DNA of 64,000 bases from an uncultured Bacteroidales bacterium (GCA_934699135.1 CAKUVM010000004.1:17331-81330), one strand, 5' to 3'; numbered from the stretch's first letter, positions 39,889-50,417 are shown. Program-made: numbers and translations. Notes: a model not told the origin generated them from the letters alone.

Positions 39889-41787
39889 TTAGTCCAACGC
39901 TTCCCTTATGGCGGAGATTACGCTATCGGCATCCATCCCGCACTCCTTATATAGTTCTTCCACAGTCCCATGGGCAATGAATCTGTCCGGCACGCCAATG
40001 CGCAACACTCTGCCCTTGTAGCCGCAGTCCATGGCATACTCCATCACGCCGGTGCCCACTCCACCCTCACGCACCCCGTCTTCCATAGTGACGATGAGCC
40101 GGCATGCGCCAAAAGCCTCACGGAGCAATGCCTCGTCTAGCGGCTTGGCGAAACGCAGGTCATAGTGCGCCGCGCTTATGCCATAGGCTGTCAGCCCGCC
40201 CGCCACTTGCCCGGCCTCAATGCCTATGGGGCCAAAGGAGAGCAGAGCCACATCCTCACCATCGCGAAGCTTGCGCCCGCGGCCCACCTCCACCCTCTCC
40301 ATGGGCGTACGCCAATCTACCGTCGAGCCCTCGCCGCGCGGGTAACGGATGACCACCGCGCCAAGCGACGGGTCTTGAGCCGTGAACATCATGTTGCGAA
40401 GCTCCGGCTCGTCCATGGGCGACATGATGGTGAGGTTCGGCACGGGGCGCAACATGGCAACGTCGAAAACGCCGTGGTGAGTGGCGCCATCGGCCCCCAC
40501 GAGGCCAGCCCTGTCAAAGCAAAAGACCACGTGGAGCTTTTGAAGGGCCACATCGTGAATGACCTGGTCAAACGCCCTTTGGGCAAAAGTGCTGTATATG
40601 TTGCAAAAAGGCGTATAGCCAGAGACGGCCAAGCCTGCGGCGAACGTCACGGCGTGCTGCTCGGCAATGCCAACGTCAAAACAGCGATCAGGCATCTCGC
40701 GCATCATGACGCTGAGTGAGCACCCGCTAGGCATGGCTGGCGTGATGCCCAGAATCTTGTCGTTTTTGCGGGCCAGCTCCAAAATGGTCTCGCCGAAAAC
40801 GTCTTGAAAACGCGGGGGGTGAGGGGTTCGCGACGGTGGCGTTAGAGGGTCGCCCGTCTCAATGTCGAAACTGCGTCCCACGGCGTGCCACTTCGTGGGG
40901 TCTTGCTCCGCCGCCTTGAAGCCTTTGCCTTTGACGGTGATGACGTGGAGCATCTTGGGGCCGCCGATTCTCTTCAGGTCGCGGAGAATGGAGACGAGAT
41001 ATTTGACGTCGTGCCCGTCCGTGGGGCCGAAATATCGGATGTTCAGCCCCTCAAACATGTTGGTCTGGTGGTTAATGAGGTTCTTGAGGCTGTTGTTCAG
41101 CTTCGTGATGAAGCTGTTGTTTGCCGTGGCGGAGTCATTTTTCCTGTCAAGATATTGAGACATCTTGTTCCTCAGCCTGTTGTATAGGCTAGAGGTGGAA
41201 ATGTCCAACAAATACTGGCTCATGCCGCCCGTCACCTTATCAATGGCCATATTGTTGTCATTGAGGATGACGAGCATGTCGGGGCTTGCCGCCGCCATAT
41301 TGTTGAGCGCCTCAAAGGCCTCTCCGCCCGTGAGCGCGCCGTCTCCAATCACGGCCACCACGTGGCGCTTCTCTCCACTCAGCCTCGCCGCGATGGCCAT
41401 GCCTAAAGCCGCGGAGACCGACGTGGACGAGTGCCCCACGCCGAAAGCGTCATACTCGCTCTCAAAGATGTTTGGGAAACCGCTTATTCCGCCGCGCTTG
41501 CGGTTGGTGTGGAACACGGCGCGCCGCCCTGTGAGAATCTTGTGCCCATAGGCCTGATGGCCCACGTCCCACACCAGTTTGTCATATGGCGTGTCATAGA
41601 CGTAGTGAATGGCCACCGTGAGTTCCACCACGCCCAGCGAGGCGGCGAAATGCCCAGGCGCGTGGCTCATCTGCTCAATGATGAAATGCCTCAACTCGTC
41701 ACACAACTGCGGCAGCTGCTCGACACTGAGTCTCTTCAGGTCGGCGGGCGTGTCTATGGTGCTAAGAAGTGGGTATGTCTGTTCCAT
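39889..41787 (-). CDS. dxs: 1-deoxy-D-xylulose-5-phosphate synthase
   Basis: ThDP-binding [17 protein letters not shown]. The N-terminus is [20 protein letters not shown] from ATG 41787; the track start at 41808 is TTG. Confidence 0.95.
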   Translation of the reverse strand: MEQTYPLLSTIDTPADLKRLSVEQLPQLCDELRHFIIEQMSHAPGHFAASLGVVELTVAIHYVYDTPYDKLVWDVGHQAYGHKILTGRRAVFHTNRKRGGISGFPNIFESEYDAFGVGHSSTSVSAALGMAIAARLSGEKRHVVAVIGDGALTGGEAFEALNNMAAASPDMLVILNDNNMAIDKVTGGMSQYLLDISTSSLYNRLRNKMSQYLDRKNDSATANNSFITKLNNSLKNLINHQTNMFEGLNIRYFGPTDGHDVKYLVSILRDLKRIGGPKMLHVITVKGKGFKAAEQDPTKWHAVGRSFDIETGDPLTPPSRTPHPPRFQDVFGETILELARKNDKILGITPAMPSGCSLSVMMREMPDRCFDVGIAEQHAVTFAAGLAVSGYTPFCNIYSTFAQRAFDQVIHDVALQKLHVVFCFDRAGLVGADGATHHGVFDVAMLRPVPNLTIMSPMDEPELRNMMFTAQDPSLGAVVIRYPRGEGSTVDWRTPMERVEVGRGRKLRDGEDVALLSFGPIGIEAGQVAGGLTAYGISAAHYDLRFAKPLDEALLREAFGACRLIVTMEDGVREGGVGTGVMEYAMDCGYKGRVLRIGVPDRFIAHGTVEELYKECGMDADSVISAIREALD

Positions 41788-41895
41788 TGAGCCTAAAAAA
41801 CGGTGCAAAGATACGCATTTTTACAACGTGCGGGGCGCGGCATGGCGGCATTGAAGCCAGCCTCCGCGCCCCGCACAATATCTTGCGCCAGACTG

Positions 41896-43461
41896 TCAGT
41901 CAACAACGACTTTGAACGCCGCGCCATTCACTTTTACCACATACACGCCTTGCTCAATGGCAATGGAGCGCGAGCGAGTGCTGGTCATCATCACGCCGCC
42001 GGCGTTGAAGACCTTGGCCTCGGCATCGGTGCCTTCAATGCGGATGTGGCCGCGTGTGCCATAGACGCTGATATTGGCAGGCCTGCCGTCCGTTGCTCTC
42101 CAAATGGCCTTGACAGTGCCGCCGTCGGCCGTGCGGAACGCCCCGTCCGCCGCACCGTCCACCTCAAACTCACGCGTTCCACTCACAACACGAGCCGGCA
42201 CCACAATGGTCTCGTCATAGGCCACGCCCTCCGTCGGGTGGAGGATCTCGGCTTTGCCGTCTTCACGCACGCCATAGGAGAGGCCGCCGACAACGAATCG
42301 GTCCGCCTCCACAATGTTGCGAAACTTACACCATACGGGCGCGGAGCGATAGATTTGCGCGCAACCGGCAGGGACATAGAGCGTGGCCTGCTCATAGGTC
42401 TCGGACATAAAGTCGCTCTCGTCAATCACAAAGGGGCGTTGCGTCATGACCACGACAGAGTCTAGGGTCGTGACGCGTTGGAAGACGCTGTCCGCCATAC
42501 TGACCATTGAAGACGGGAAGTAGAACGAGCGCAAGCCCTTGCAGCCCAAGTAGGCATATTTGCCAATGTGACGTATCGAGGCCGGCAGGGCGGCGTCTGT
42601 GAGGTCGGTGCAGTGGTTGAATGCGCTGCGGCCTATCACGGTCACAGAGGTGGGGATTTGGCTCGTCTTGCAACCCGCCACAAGGGTGTTGGAGCCAGTC
42701 TCAATGATGGCGTTGCAGCCGCCGCGGGAGTCATAGGCTATATTGCCGTCCTCGACGCTGACAGACGTGAGCTGGGTGTTATAGGCAAAAGGGTTTTGCG
42801 GGCTTATGACCTTGACGCCGCGGGGCAAGACCAGCTCCCTCATGTTGGGGCATTGGCAAAAAGCCACCGCGCTTATGGAGGTGACGGAAGCTGGCACGCT
42901 CACGCCACGGAGTCCCGTGCGGCAAAAGACGTAGTCCTCGATCTCGGAGAGAGACGAAGGCTCGCCGTATGTCACCTCGGTGAGAGACTCGCACATCTCA
43001 AAAGCGTAACGGCCAATCTTTTCCACGGAGCGCGGGACGCGGAATGAGGCGAGAGACTTGCAGGCCAAGAAAGCCTGACGGTCAATCTGCCGCAAGGCCG
43101 ACGGCTCTTTTATCTCTACGCTCGTCAGCGCATTGCAGCCCACGAACGCATTATAGCCAATGGTCTCGATGCTGCGCGGCAGCACCACGGCCTCCAACTT
43201 TCGGCTTGAGGAGAAAGCGTGCGGGCCGACGGCCACGACGCGATAGACTTTACCCTCGAAAGCCACCGTCTCCGGCACTCTGACGAGGCCCGAATAGGCG
43301 TCTCCCGCACACTGGCACTTGCCCTTGTAGGTCACAGAGGCCGTACGGGCCGACGGGTCAAAATCATAATACACGCCATCAACCTGCGTGTCGGACGCTA
43401 GTGCGGGCAGCGAGGCCGCGGCCAGCAAGATGGCTGACAAAATGGAGTAGGTAGTTTTCAT
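41896..43461 (-). CDS. BspA-type leucine-rich-repeat surface protein with a T9SS-like C-terminal sorting domain
   Basis: Signal peptide MKTTYSILSAILLAAASLPALA from ATG 43461. Repeated modules of the form IGxxAFxxCxxLxxVxxPxSV are present (for example IGYNAFVGCNALTSVEI and IGRYAFEMCESLTEVTY). The C-terminal ~80 aa end ...GVYVVKVNGAAFKVVVD. Confidence 0.75.
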   Translation of the reverse strand: MKTTYSILSAILLAAASLPALASDTQVDGVYYDFDPSARTASVTYKGKCQCAGDAYSGLVRVPETVAFEGKVYRVVAVGPHAFSSSRKLEAVVLPRSIETIGYNAFVGCNALTSVEIKEPSALRQIDRQAFLACKSLASFRVPRSVEKIGRYAFEMCESLTEVTYGEPSSLSEIEDYVFCRTGLRGVSVPASVTSISAVAFCQCPNMRELVLPRGVKVISPQNPFAYNTQLTSVSVEDGNIAYDSRGGCNAIIETGSNTLVAGCKTSQIPTSVTVIGRSAFNHCTDLTDAALPASIRHIGKYAYLGCKGLRSFYFPSSMVSMADSVFQRVTTLDSVVVMTQRPFVIDESDFMSETYEQATLYVPAGCAQIYRSAPVWCKFRNIVEADRFVVGGLSYGVREDGKAEILHPTEGVAYDETIVVPARVVSGTREFEVDGAADGAFRTADGGTVKAIWRATDGRPANISVYGTRGHIRIEGTDAEAKVFNAGGVMMTSTRSRSIAIEQGVYVVKVNGAAFKVVVD

Positions 43462-43522
43462 TGTGACGTTCTTATTTCTTGGCACATTCGCGCTCACTGT
43501 CGCGACAGACAAGCGGATTATA

Positions 43523-43546
43523 CGCAACACCCGGGCCCGGGTTGCG
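43523..43546 (-). terminator. Weak hairpin downstream of serB
   Basis: cgcaac(a)cc...ggttgcg imperfect palindrome 8 nt after the serB stop. The U-tract is poor. Confidence 0.3.
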
Positions 43547-43553
43547 CCGCTGG

Positions 43554-44783
43554 CTAGGCGTTTATCTCGCGGTCGCGGAAGCCAATGAGGTAGAGTATCG
43601 TGTCCAGGCCGTTTTGGGATATGGAGTGCTGCGCGGTGGCCTTGACTTTTGGCTTGGCGTGGAAAGCGATGCCGAGGCCCGCCTCTTGAATCATTGGCAG
43701 GTCGTTCGCCCCGTCGCCCACGGCAATGCATTGCTCCAGGTGGATGCCTTCCTTAAAGGCCAACAGGCGGAGCAGCTCCGCCTTCTTGGCCCCATCAACA
43801 ATGTCGCCCACGTGGCGGCCAGTGAGTTTCCCGTCCACCACCTCTAGCTCATTGGCAAAGACGTAGTCAATGCCGAGTTTCTGCTTCAGGTAGTTGCCGA
43901 AATAGGAGAAGCCGCCAGAGAGAATGGCTGTCTTGTAGCCGCTCTTGTTGAGCGTCTTGAAAAGCCTCTCCGCGCCCTCTGTGAGCGGCAGATTCTCGGC
44001 AATCTCCTTCATCACGCTCTCGTCTAGGCCCTTGAGCAGGCTGATGCGCCTCAGAAAACTCTGCCTGAAATCTATCTCGCCCCTCATGGCCGAGGCCGTT
44101 ATGGCCGCCACTTGGTCGAAGACTCCGGCACGCTTGGCCAGTTCGTCAATGACCTCGGCCTGGATGAGCGTGGAGTCCATATCGAAACAGACAAGCCTAC
44201 GGTTGCGGCGGAAAATGTTGTCGGCCTGAAAGGCTATGTCGACATCGCAATTTTTGGAGACCTCTATGAAGTCAAGCTTCAGCTTGTTCTCATCTTTCGG
44301 CACGCCGCGGACGGAGAACTCAACCACGCTCATGACCCCGTTGGCCTCGACGTTTTCAAGCGAGCGGCGACCCGTGAGGCGTGATATCTTGTCGATATTG
44401 AGCCCTTGCTCCTTGACAATGCGCGTGACCTCGGCCACGTGTCGGCCCTCGAGCTTGCGCGCCATAAGGGTTATGATGTTGCGGCTCTTGCCCTGCTGGT
44501 TCACCCACTGCTCGTAGTCAGAGTGCGGGATGAGCTGGAACTTAATGTTCAGCCCTATCTTATATGCGGCGAAGAGCAGGTCTTTGAGAATTGAGGCGGA
44601 GTCTTCAGAATCATCGGTTATGCAGATGAGGATGCCCAGACTCAAATCGTTGTGAATCACGGCTTGGCCGATGTCCAATATGTCCACGCTATGATTGGCC
44701 AGCACCCGGGTTATCTCGGAGGTCTGGCCGGGGCGGTCTGGGCCCTGGAGGTTTATGAGGATAAGCTCGCTCTTGTGTGACAT
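43554..44783 (-). CDS. serB: Phosphoserine phosphatase with N-terminal ACT-like regulatory domains
   Basis: HAD motif I CFDMDSTLIQAE and motif IV GDGANDLPM. 409 aa. Confidence 0.9.
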   Translation of the reverse strand: MSHKSELILINLQGPDRPGQTSEITRVLANHSVDILDIGQAVIHNDLSLGILICITDDSEDSASILKDLLFAAYKIGLNIKFQLIPHSDYEQWVNQQGKSRNIITLMARKLEGRHVAEVTRIVKEQGLNIDKISRLTGRRSLENVEANGVMSVVEFSVRGVPKDENKLKLDFIEVSKNCDVDIAFQADNIFRRNRRLVCFDMDSTLIQAEVIDELAKRAGVFDQVAAITASAMRGEIDFRQSFLRRISLLKGLDESVMKEIAENLPLTEGAERLFKTLNKSGYKTAILSGGFSYFGNYLKQKLGIDYVFANELEVVDGKLTGRHVGDIVDGAKKAELLRLLAFKEGIHLEQCIAVGDGANDLPMIQEAGLGIAFHAKPKVKATAQHSISQNGLDTILYLIGFRDREINA

Positions 44784-44828
44784 TGTGTTCTCTGTCGTTG
44801 CGTTGTGAGGGGGGGGCGCGGCGTTGGC

Positions 44829-47531
44829 CTATTTTATTGGCGTCTGTGCCACCTCTCCCGCCTGCCCTACCGTGTAGACGGCGAACCCGTCTTTCGCCTC
44901 GCCAAGGGCCATGCCGCCGCAAGATTTTAGGGGAGAGGCGGGCATCTCGTGGCCATCGGCCAATGAGTATATTCTCACCTCCTCGGCCTTGTCATCATAG
45001 AGCGCGACGAAGCCGCCGGCCACGGCCACCATGCCGAGGCTCTGAAGGCCAGTGCGCCACTCTGTCCTCACCTTAGGGCTGTCTCCGGTCACGTCAATGA
45101 CAGCCGCCTTGCGCCGACCGGCCACAAGGTAGGCCGACGCGTCGACGGGTCCGGCAATGTTTTCCGGCCCTATGCTGTCAAGAGCCAAACGGGACAGTTT
45201 GCCGTCCGACGGGTCTATGCTTATCACGCTGCCGTCCGTGGTCGTGGTGACAAAATACCTGCCCGATTTCGCCACGGCCATCTCGCTGCGGGTTCCAGGC
45301 GCCAAGGGCTGCGTGGTCAGCCGTCGTGTGCCGCGGCGGTCTGTGAAATAGTAAGAATATTGGTCTCGGTACACGATAAAGTCTTTCCCGCCGCACACCA
45401 AGTGACGCGCCACGCCCTGCAACTGTCCCTCGGGGTGCTGGGGTTTCCATCCCTCCACCTCTTTGCCATCGGGGCCGAAAAGAGCCACGCCCCCCTGACA
45501 GCCCACAAAAAATCTCATTGGGCTGCCGTCAGAATATGTGGCCGCGCTGACCCCGCTCACCGAGGCCGAAGGCAGGCGCACGGGGAATGCGCCGACATCG
45601 TTGCCCAAGCGGTCAATGACGTAGACTGACTGCCGCGTGGAGAAGAGGTATTGCAATTTGCCATTGCCGTAGAAGTCAATTTGGCTCACGGGACCCACAA
45701 CGGGCCCGTCCACCGGCCTCTTCCATAGCAGCATGCCATCCGCGCCTATCAGGCACAACCTATGCTCCCGGTCTTGGGCAAGGCACTCGGTCAGGTGAGT
45801 ATAGTGATTCTCAACGCCATATATTGGCCCGCAGAGCAATGTGTCTAGCCGCGTCTGCCACGTTGGGCGTCGCGTGGCGCGGTGTTCCTCGGCCAACGGC
45901 GTCTGCGCGAAGACGCTCACATAGGGCAACCGGCCAGCCACGGTGAGTTGGCTGCAAACTATGCCAAACGAGGTGTCGTCTGACTGACGCTCAAAGACGA
46001 AACGTGAGCACTCGCCGCCAAAGTGCGAGCGGAGCGCAGTATAGTTGGCATAGCCCTCCATCGTCGCGCCCACCACATAGTCCACAAGCACGCGGCGCAA
46101 CACGTCCATGCTGTTGGCCAAGACTAGGGCGTCTTCATATCGGAAGAAGAGGCGCGACGGCACTTGCCTGCCGAAGATACGGGGGAGGAAAAACAACTCG
46201 TCAGACTGCGTGAAACCGGCATAGACGGGGATGCTCACTTCCGCCACCTGCTCCGCGTCGGCCCGGCGCGCCACCACGCCAGCCGGCACGGCCCCCTCGC
46301 CTGGCGCGATCTCGCCAATGACCATGGGGGGCGTGCCTCCGTGCAGGGCCGTTATGGCCTGCGTCAGCGTGGCTTGGGCCATTGTGCCTCCTCTGGTGTC
46401 CACGACAAGGAAGTCGGCATCGGGCTCGGGATATGAGCAAAGAGCCATCTCTGCAGAGAAGACTTGTGAGAGAAGGGCCTCGACGTCGACGCCCGTCTGG
46501 CGAAAAATCTCGCTTTGGCCGGTGCGATAGGCCAGGCCCGCGCTGTCGGCACCCAGGGCCTCTGAGAACGAGGCCGAAGAGAGCCCGCGGAGCCCGGCCC
46601 CGACGCGCTCGAAGCGGCGCACCCCGCGAGGCACTCGCCTAGCCACGTTGAGCGCGTCGGTCGTCTCGCGGGCCGTGAGCATGGCCACAGACGGCCTGGG
46701 GGCCACGGCGAAGCCGTCGGCCGAGAGGCCGTCGGGGTGCATGCCAATGTCCATGACCATCCAGTCGCTGCCGCTACCCATGGCCAGTATGGCCTTGGCA
46801 AGCTCGCCCTTGAGCTTCTGCGACCTGACGGGCGCGGGAAGAGAGCGCAGCGAGCGGCCATTGATGAAGACAGAGACCGGGGCGTCGGCCGCCACGGTGC
46901 GCTCAATGGTTGAGAACGCGGCATCGTCTCGCATGGGCGTGACGCTGTCTTGGCCAAAACTTAGCAGCAAGTCCGGCGTGGTGGACGCGAAAAGGCATCC
47001 GCCGCCAGCGGCCATGAACAGAGGCTCAGACTCACCGCGCTGCCGAAGCAAGAAAAGGCCGTGCCCCGAGACGGCGGTATCCACCACATCCACGCCCTCG
47101 CGGCCTCGGAGGGCGCTCATGGCCTTGTGCCACTCAAGGCGATTATTCAGCTTGAAGGAGGCCGCCAGCTGGCTCACGCTCCCATCGGGGCGCATGGAGA
47201 ACGAGACGTAGAGGTCGCGCCCCGACAACGCCGGAGACTCTATGACATCGGGAGAGAAGAGAGAGTCCATACGCTGCGCCAGGCTCATGACAACGTCTCC
47301 CCCCACAACGTCTAGCAACTCTGAGCCATAGCGAGATGAGGCTATGCGCCCGGCCACCTCGGCCCTCGCGCCCAGACGGGCCAGGAGCGTGGTGCCACAG
47401 GGGAGGCAACGCGTGGGGGATGGCGCCCTGTACTGTTTATTGAGGCCAATCCATACGGCCACGACGGCCACGGCGGTAACCACCGCCATGGCCGCGCCTG
47501 TCCACAATATACGTTTTGTCGCCGCTGTCAT
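44829..47531 (-). CDS. Large hypothetical membrane-anchored protein with a beta-propeller-like C-terminal half
   Basis: ATG start and an N-terminal TM helix (GAAMAVVTAVAVVAVWIGL). The C-terminal ~350 aa have repeated short-strand/Gly-Asp patterns (for example GADGMLLWKRPVDG and FGPDGKEVEGWKP). No family recognised. Confidence 0.6.
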   Translation of the reverse strand: MTAATKRILWTGAAMAVVTAVAVVAVWIGLNKQYRAPSPTRCLPCGTTLLARLGARAEVAGRIASSRYGSELLDVVGGDVVMSLAQRMDSLFSPDVIESPALSGRDLYVSFSMRPDGSVSQLAASFKLNNRLEWHKAMSALRGREGVDVVDTAVSGHGLFLLRQRGESEPLFMAAGGGCLFASTTPDLLLSFGQDSVTPMRDDAAFSTIERTVAADAPVSVFINGRSLRSLPAPVRSQKLKGELAKAILAMGSGSDWMVMDIGMHPDGLSADGFAVAPRPSVAMLTARETTDALNVARRVPRGVRRFERVGAGLRGLSSASFSEALGADSAGLAYRTGQSEIFRQTGVDVEALLSQVFSAEMALCSYPEPDADFLVVDTRGGTMAQATLTQAITALHGGTPPMVIGEIAPGEGAVPAGVVARRADAEQVAEVSIPVYAGFTQSDELFFLPRIFGRQVPSRLFFRYEDALVLANSMDVLRRVLVDYVVGATMEGYANYTALRSHFGGECSRFVFERQSDDTSFGIVCSQLTVAGRLPYVSVFAQTPLAEEHRATRRPTWQTRLDTLLCGPIYGVENHYTHLTECLAQDREHRLCLIGADGMLLWKRPVDGPVVGPVSQIDFYGNGKLQYLFSTRQSVYVIDRLGNDVGAFPVRLPSASVSGVSAATYSDGSPMRFFVGCQGGVALFGPDGKEVEGWKPQHPEGQLQGVARHLVCGGKDFIVYRDQYSYYFTDRRGTRRLTTQPLAPGTRSEMAVAKSGRYFVTTTTDGSVISIDPSDGKLSRLALDSIGPENIAGPVDASAYLVAGRRKAAVIDVTGDSPKVRTEWRTGLQSLGMVAVAGGFVALYDDKAEEVRIYSLADGHEMPASPLKSCGGMALGEAKDGFAVYTVGQAGEVAQTPIK

Positions 47532-47560
47532 GATTGGTCTTGCGCCTCCATGCGCCGGGT

Positions 47561-48301
47561 CTATTTTTTTGTAGCGGACGCAGCCAGGCTGCGCACAATG
47601 GAAAAGACTGTGTAGAGCAGGATGGTGACGCTGATGCCGCCAAGCCCCATAAACGCAATGCTAATGAGTCCCACAACCAACAAGATGACCTTGAGCTGAT
47701 TGCCGGCCCACGTCCAGTGCTTCACTTTGAGAGAGAACATAGGGATCTCACTCACGAGCAGGGCGCAGAAGACCGCCACCATCACCAGCACCACGGCGGG
47801 AGACAGCACGCGGGCAAAGAGCTCCTCGTGGCCGGGCATCATCCAGAAAAGCGAGGCCGTGAAGAGGCCCGTGGCCGTGGTGGTGAGGCCAAGGAAACTC
47901 TCGGTCTGACGCTCGTCAATGTTGAACTTGGCCAACCTGAGGCCCGCGAACACAGCCAAGATGAGCGGAGCGGCCACCATGACCACTTGGCGGGCCTCCA
48001 TCTCGGCAAGCGGCGTGGTGAGGCTGCCCGTGAGCGCCCAGCGCATATAGGCCGAGTAGATGGCGGCGGGGGCGAGGCCGAAAGATATATTGTCCGCCAA
48101 AGAGTCCAGCTCCTTGCCCATGGGGCCGCTCACGCCCAAGGCGCGGGCAGCGAAGCCGTCAAAAAAGTCAAACACCGCCCCGCCTATAATGAAGAGGGCG
48201 GCAGCCTGGAGCATCCCCTCAAAGGCGCACGTCACGGCCAAGACGCCGCAGAAAAGGTTCATAGACGTGATCGCGTTGGGGATGTATTTTTTTATAGACA
48301 T
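47561..48301 (-). CDS. pssA: CDP-diacylglycerol--serine O-phosphatidyltransferase
   Basis: CDP-alcohol phosphatidyltransferase motif DFFDGFAARALGVSGPMGKELDSLADNISFG. Confidence 0.85.
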   Translation of the reverse strand: MSIKKYIPNAITSMNLFCGVLAVTCAFEGMLQAAALFIIGGAVFDFFDGFAARALGVSGPMGKELDSLADNISFGLAPAAIYSAYMRWALTGSLTTPLAEMEARQVVMVAAPLILAVFAGLRLAKFNIDERQTESFLGLTTTATGLFTASLFWMMPGHEELFARVLSPAVVLVMVAVFCALLVSEIPMFSLKVKHWTWAGNQLKVILLVVGLISIAFMGLGGISVTILLYTVFSIVRSLAASATKK

Positions 48302-48377
48302 TTGTTCTTCTGAAATTTATATCTCGCCACAAGGCGCTCGCCTGCAAAAATAGTTAATTTATTCGCCTTTCTTTGCG

Positions 48378-49616
48378 TCAGAAGGGCAGCAATGGGGCCC
48401 GGGTCACCTCGATGGCCAGGACCGACGTGTCATCAAAAGACTTACCCGCTGCCCTTGTGGCCTCGGCCAGGCTTGCCAGCTCGCCCATAGTGCGGTCAAT
48501 GCCCATAGATTTCTTCATTATCTCCACCACCCTATCTTGGTTGCTGCCCATGGTGGCGCCCTCGTCAACCTCCACAAGCCCATCGGTATACGCCACGACC
48601 AGGTCGCCCTTGCGCAACCTGACGCAGCCCACGTCAACTCCCGGCATCTCATCCAGCATGCCCAACCCTATGGAGCCGCTCATCAGCTCTCTCACATCTC
48701 CGCGGCTGCTCACGATGGGCGGCAGGTGGCCGGCATTGACATAGTGCAGGCGCCCCGTCAGGCAGTTGTATCGGCCAATGAAGAATGTTATGAACTTCTC
48801 GCCGCCCGTGTTTTGGCACACTCGGCGGTTGAGATCCTCCACCAGCGAGCGGAGGCTCACCTTGGCTGTGAAGAGGGCTCGGACCATGGCCTGGAAGTTG
48901 GACATTAGAAGCGCGGCGGCCACGCCCTTGCCGCTCACATCCGCGATGCAGAAACCGACGGTGTTAGGGCCGAGGCGCAAAATGTCGAAATAGTCCCCGC
49001 CCACCTGATCGTGCGGGTGGTAGTATGACATGGCGCGGGTGTGGCCCGTCTGGAGGAGCATACCCTCGGGCGGGATGAGGCCCGCCTGAATCCGGGAGGC
49101 CAGGGCAAGCTCTTGTCGCAGCCCCTCTTGCCGCAACAGCTTCGCCTGCATCTTCTTGTTCTCGATGAAGACGATGATGATGTTGGAGAGGATCTGGATG
49201 AACTTGAGGTTTCGCAGCGTGGGGCTGATGCCGTCTCCCAGCTCACTGTCTCCCACCACCACATATCCCATGACCTTATATTTGTGGCGGAGCGGGATGA
49301 TGGCATCGAACCCCTCAAGGGATGGGATTCCTTTCATGGCCAAGTTCTCAATGCCCTCCACGCCGCTCAGATCTCGGCCGATGTCGATGGAGTCTCGCTG
49401 ACTGTCAGATACGTTGCTCTGGAGAATGCACCGCCAGCGGCCGTCGTCTTTGGTGAAGACGAGAATCCTCCCCACGCCCAGCTCGTCTCGGAGCAAGGAC
49501 TCAAACTCGGCCATAAGTTCCTCGACGCTGCTGTCTTCATTGACCGTCTGCGCCACGTCTAGCAGGAGGTTTAGCTTCTCCTTGTAGAGGCGGACCACAT
49601 TTCTGTCTGATGCCAT
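48378..49616 (-). CDS. GAF-domain PP2C/SpoIIE-family serine phosphatase
   Basis: C-terminal SpoIIE/RsbU-like pattern (VGGDYFDI, CIADVSGKGVAAALLMS, YTDGLVE). The N-terminal ~170 aa are GAF-like. Confidence 0.75.
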   Translation of the reverse strand: MASDRNVVRLYKEKLNLLLDVAQTVNEDSSVEELMAEFESLLRDELGVGRILVFTKDDGRWRCILQSNVSDSQRDSIDIGRDLSGVEGIENLAMKGIPSLEGFDAIIPLRHKYKVMGYVVVGDSELGDGISPTLRNLKFIQILSNIIIVFIENKKMQAKLLRQEGLRQELALASRIQAGLIPPEGMLLQTGHTRAMSYYHPHDQVGGDYFDILRLGPNTVGFCIADVSGKGVAAALLMSNFQAMVRALFTAKVSLRSLVEDLNRRVCQNTGGEKFITFFIGRYNCLTGRLHYVNAGHLPPIVSSRGDVRELMSGSIGLGMLDEMPGVDVGCVRLRKGDLVVAYTDGLVEVDEGATMGSNQDRVVEIMKKSMGIDRTMGELASLAEATRAAGKSFDDTSVLAIEVTRAPLLPF

Positions 49617-49674
49617 GGGTTGCCGTTGTTTTACCTCGCGGCCTTGCCGCTTATTTTAACGCGTGTGTGGTGGA

Positions 49675-49721
49675 CGTTGGGAAAGGGAAAGAGCCGCGGG
49701 CTGGTGCTAGCCCGCGGCTCT
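49675..49721 (-). terminator. Terminator of efp
   Basis: 12-bp stem agagccgcgggc / gcccgcggctct (49690-49721). The minus strand continues UUUCCCUUUCCC. Confidence 0.55.
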
Positions 49722-49775
49722 GCGTGTGTTGCCGCCGCCTGCCGCCAGGCCGCGCAAGGGAGGAGACTGGGCCTC

Positions 49776-50342
49776 TTACTTGACGCGCTCCACGTATGAG
49801 CGGTCACGGGTGTCCACTTTAATCTTGTCGCCCTGGTTGACGAAGAGGGGCACCATGATGGTGGCGCCTGTCTCGATGGTGGCGGGCTTGAGGGAGGTGG
49901 TGGACGACGTGTCTCCACGGACGCCCGGCTCCGTATAGGTGACCTCGAATGTCATGAAAGGAGGCAGCTCGGCCGTGAGGACGGTCTCGGTCTCAGCGTG
50001 GACGACCACCTCGATGCTCTCGCCCTCCTTCATCAGGTCGGCGTTTGGAATCTGATCCTCTGGCAACACGATCTCCTCGTAGGTCTCGGAGTTCATAAGG
50101 TGGTAGCCGAGGTTGTCCTTATATGTGAACTGGTATTGGCGATGCTCCACGCGTGCCTCGGTGATTTTGACGCCGGAGTTGAACGTGTTGTCAATCACCT
50201 TGCCTGTCTTGAGGTTTTTCAGTGTGGTGCGGACGAAAGCCGGGCCCTTGCCAGGCTTGACGTGGAGGAACTTGACGATGATGTACAGCTGGCCGTTGTA
50301 CTCAATGCACATGCCATTGCGGAAATCTGCAGTTGTTGCCAT
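49776..50342 (-). CDS. efp: Elongation factor P
   Basis: [39 protein letters not shown] carries the conserved KPGKG loop. 188 aa. Confidence 0.95.
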   Translation of the reverse strand: MATTADFRNGMCIEYNGQLYIIVKFLHVKPGKGPAFVRTTLKNLKTGKVIDNTFNSGVKITEARVEHRQYQFTYKDNLGYHLMNSETYEEIVLPEDQIPNADLMKEGESIEVVVHAETETVLTAELPPFMTFEVTYTEPGVRGDTSSTTSLKPATIETGATIMVPLFVNQGDKIKVDTRDRSYVERVK

Positions 50343-50385
50343 ATCCTAGATTTGCTCTGAATAGTATTGTTTACAAAATCGTTTG

Positions 50386-50417
50386 CAAAGCTATAAAAAC
50401 CATACAAAAAACGCAAA
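50386..50417 (-). promoter_or_regulatory. Candidate Bacteroidetes promoter of efp
   Basis: The minus strand reads TTTG (50417-50414), then 20 nt, then TAGCTTTG (50393-50386). This matches the -33 TTTG / -7 TAnnTTTG consensus, 44 nt upstream of ATG 50342. Confidence 0.5.

Noticed and set aside
43462-43731. 90-codon N-terminal extension of the LRR protein ORF (also overlapping the serB 3' end)
   Set aside because: The extension is Arg-rich and has no function-like features. An internal ATG at 43461 gives a textbook signal peptide.
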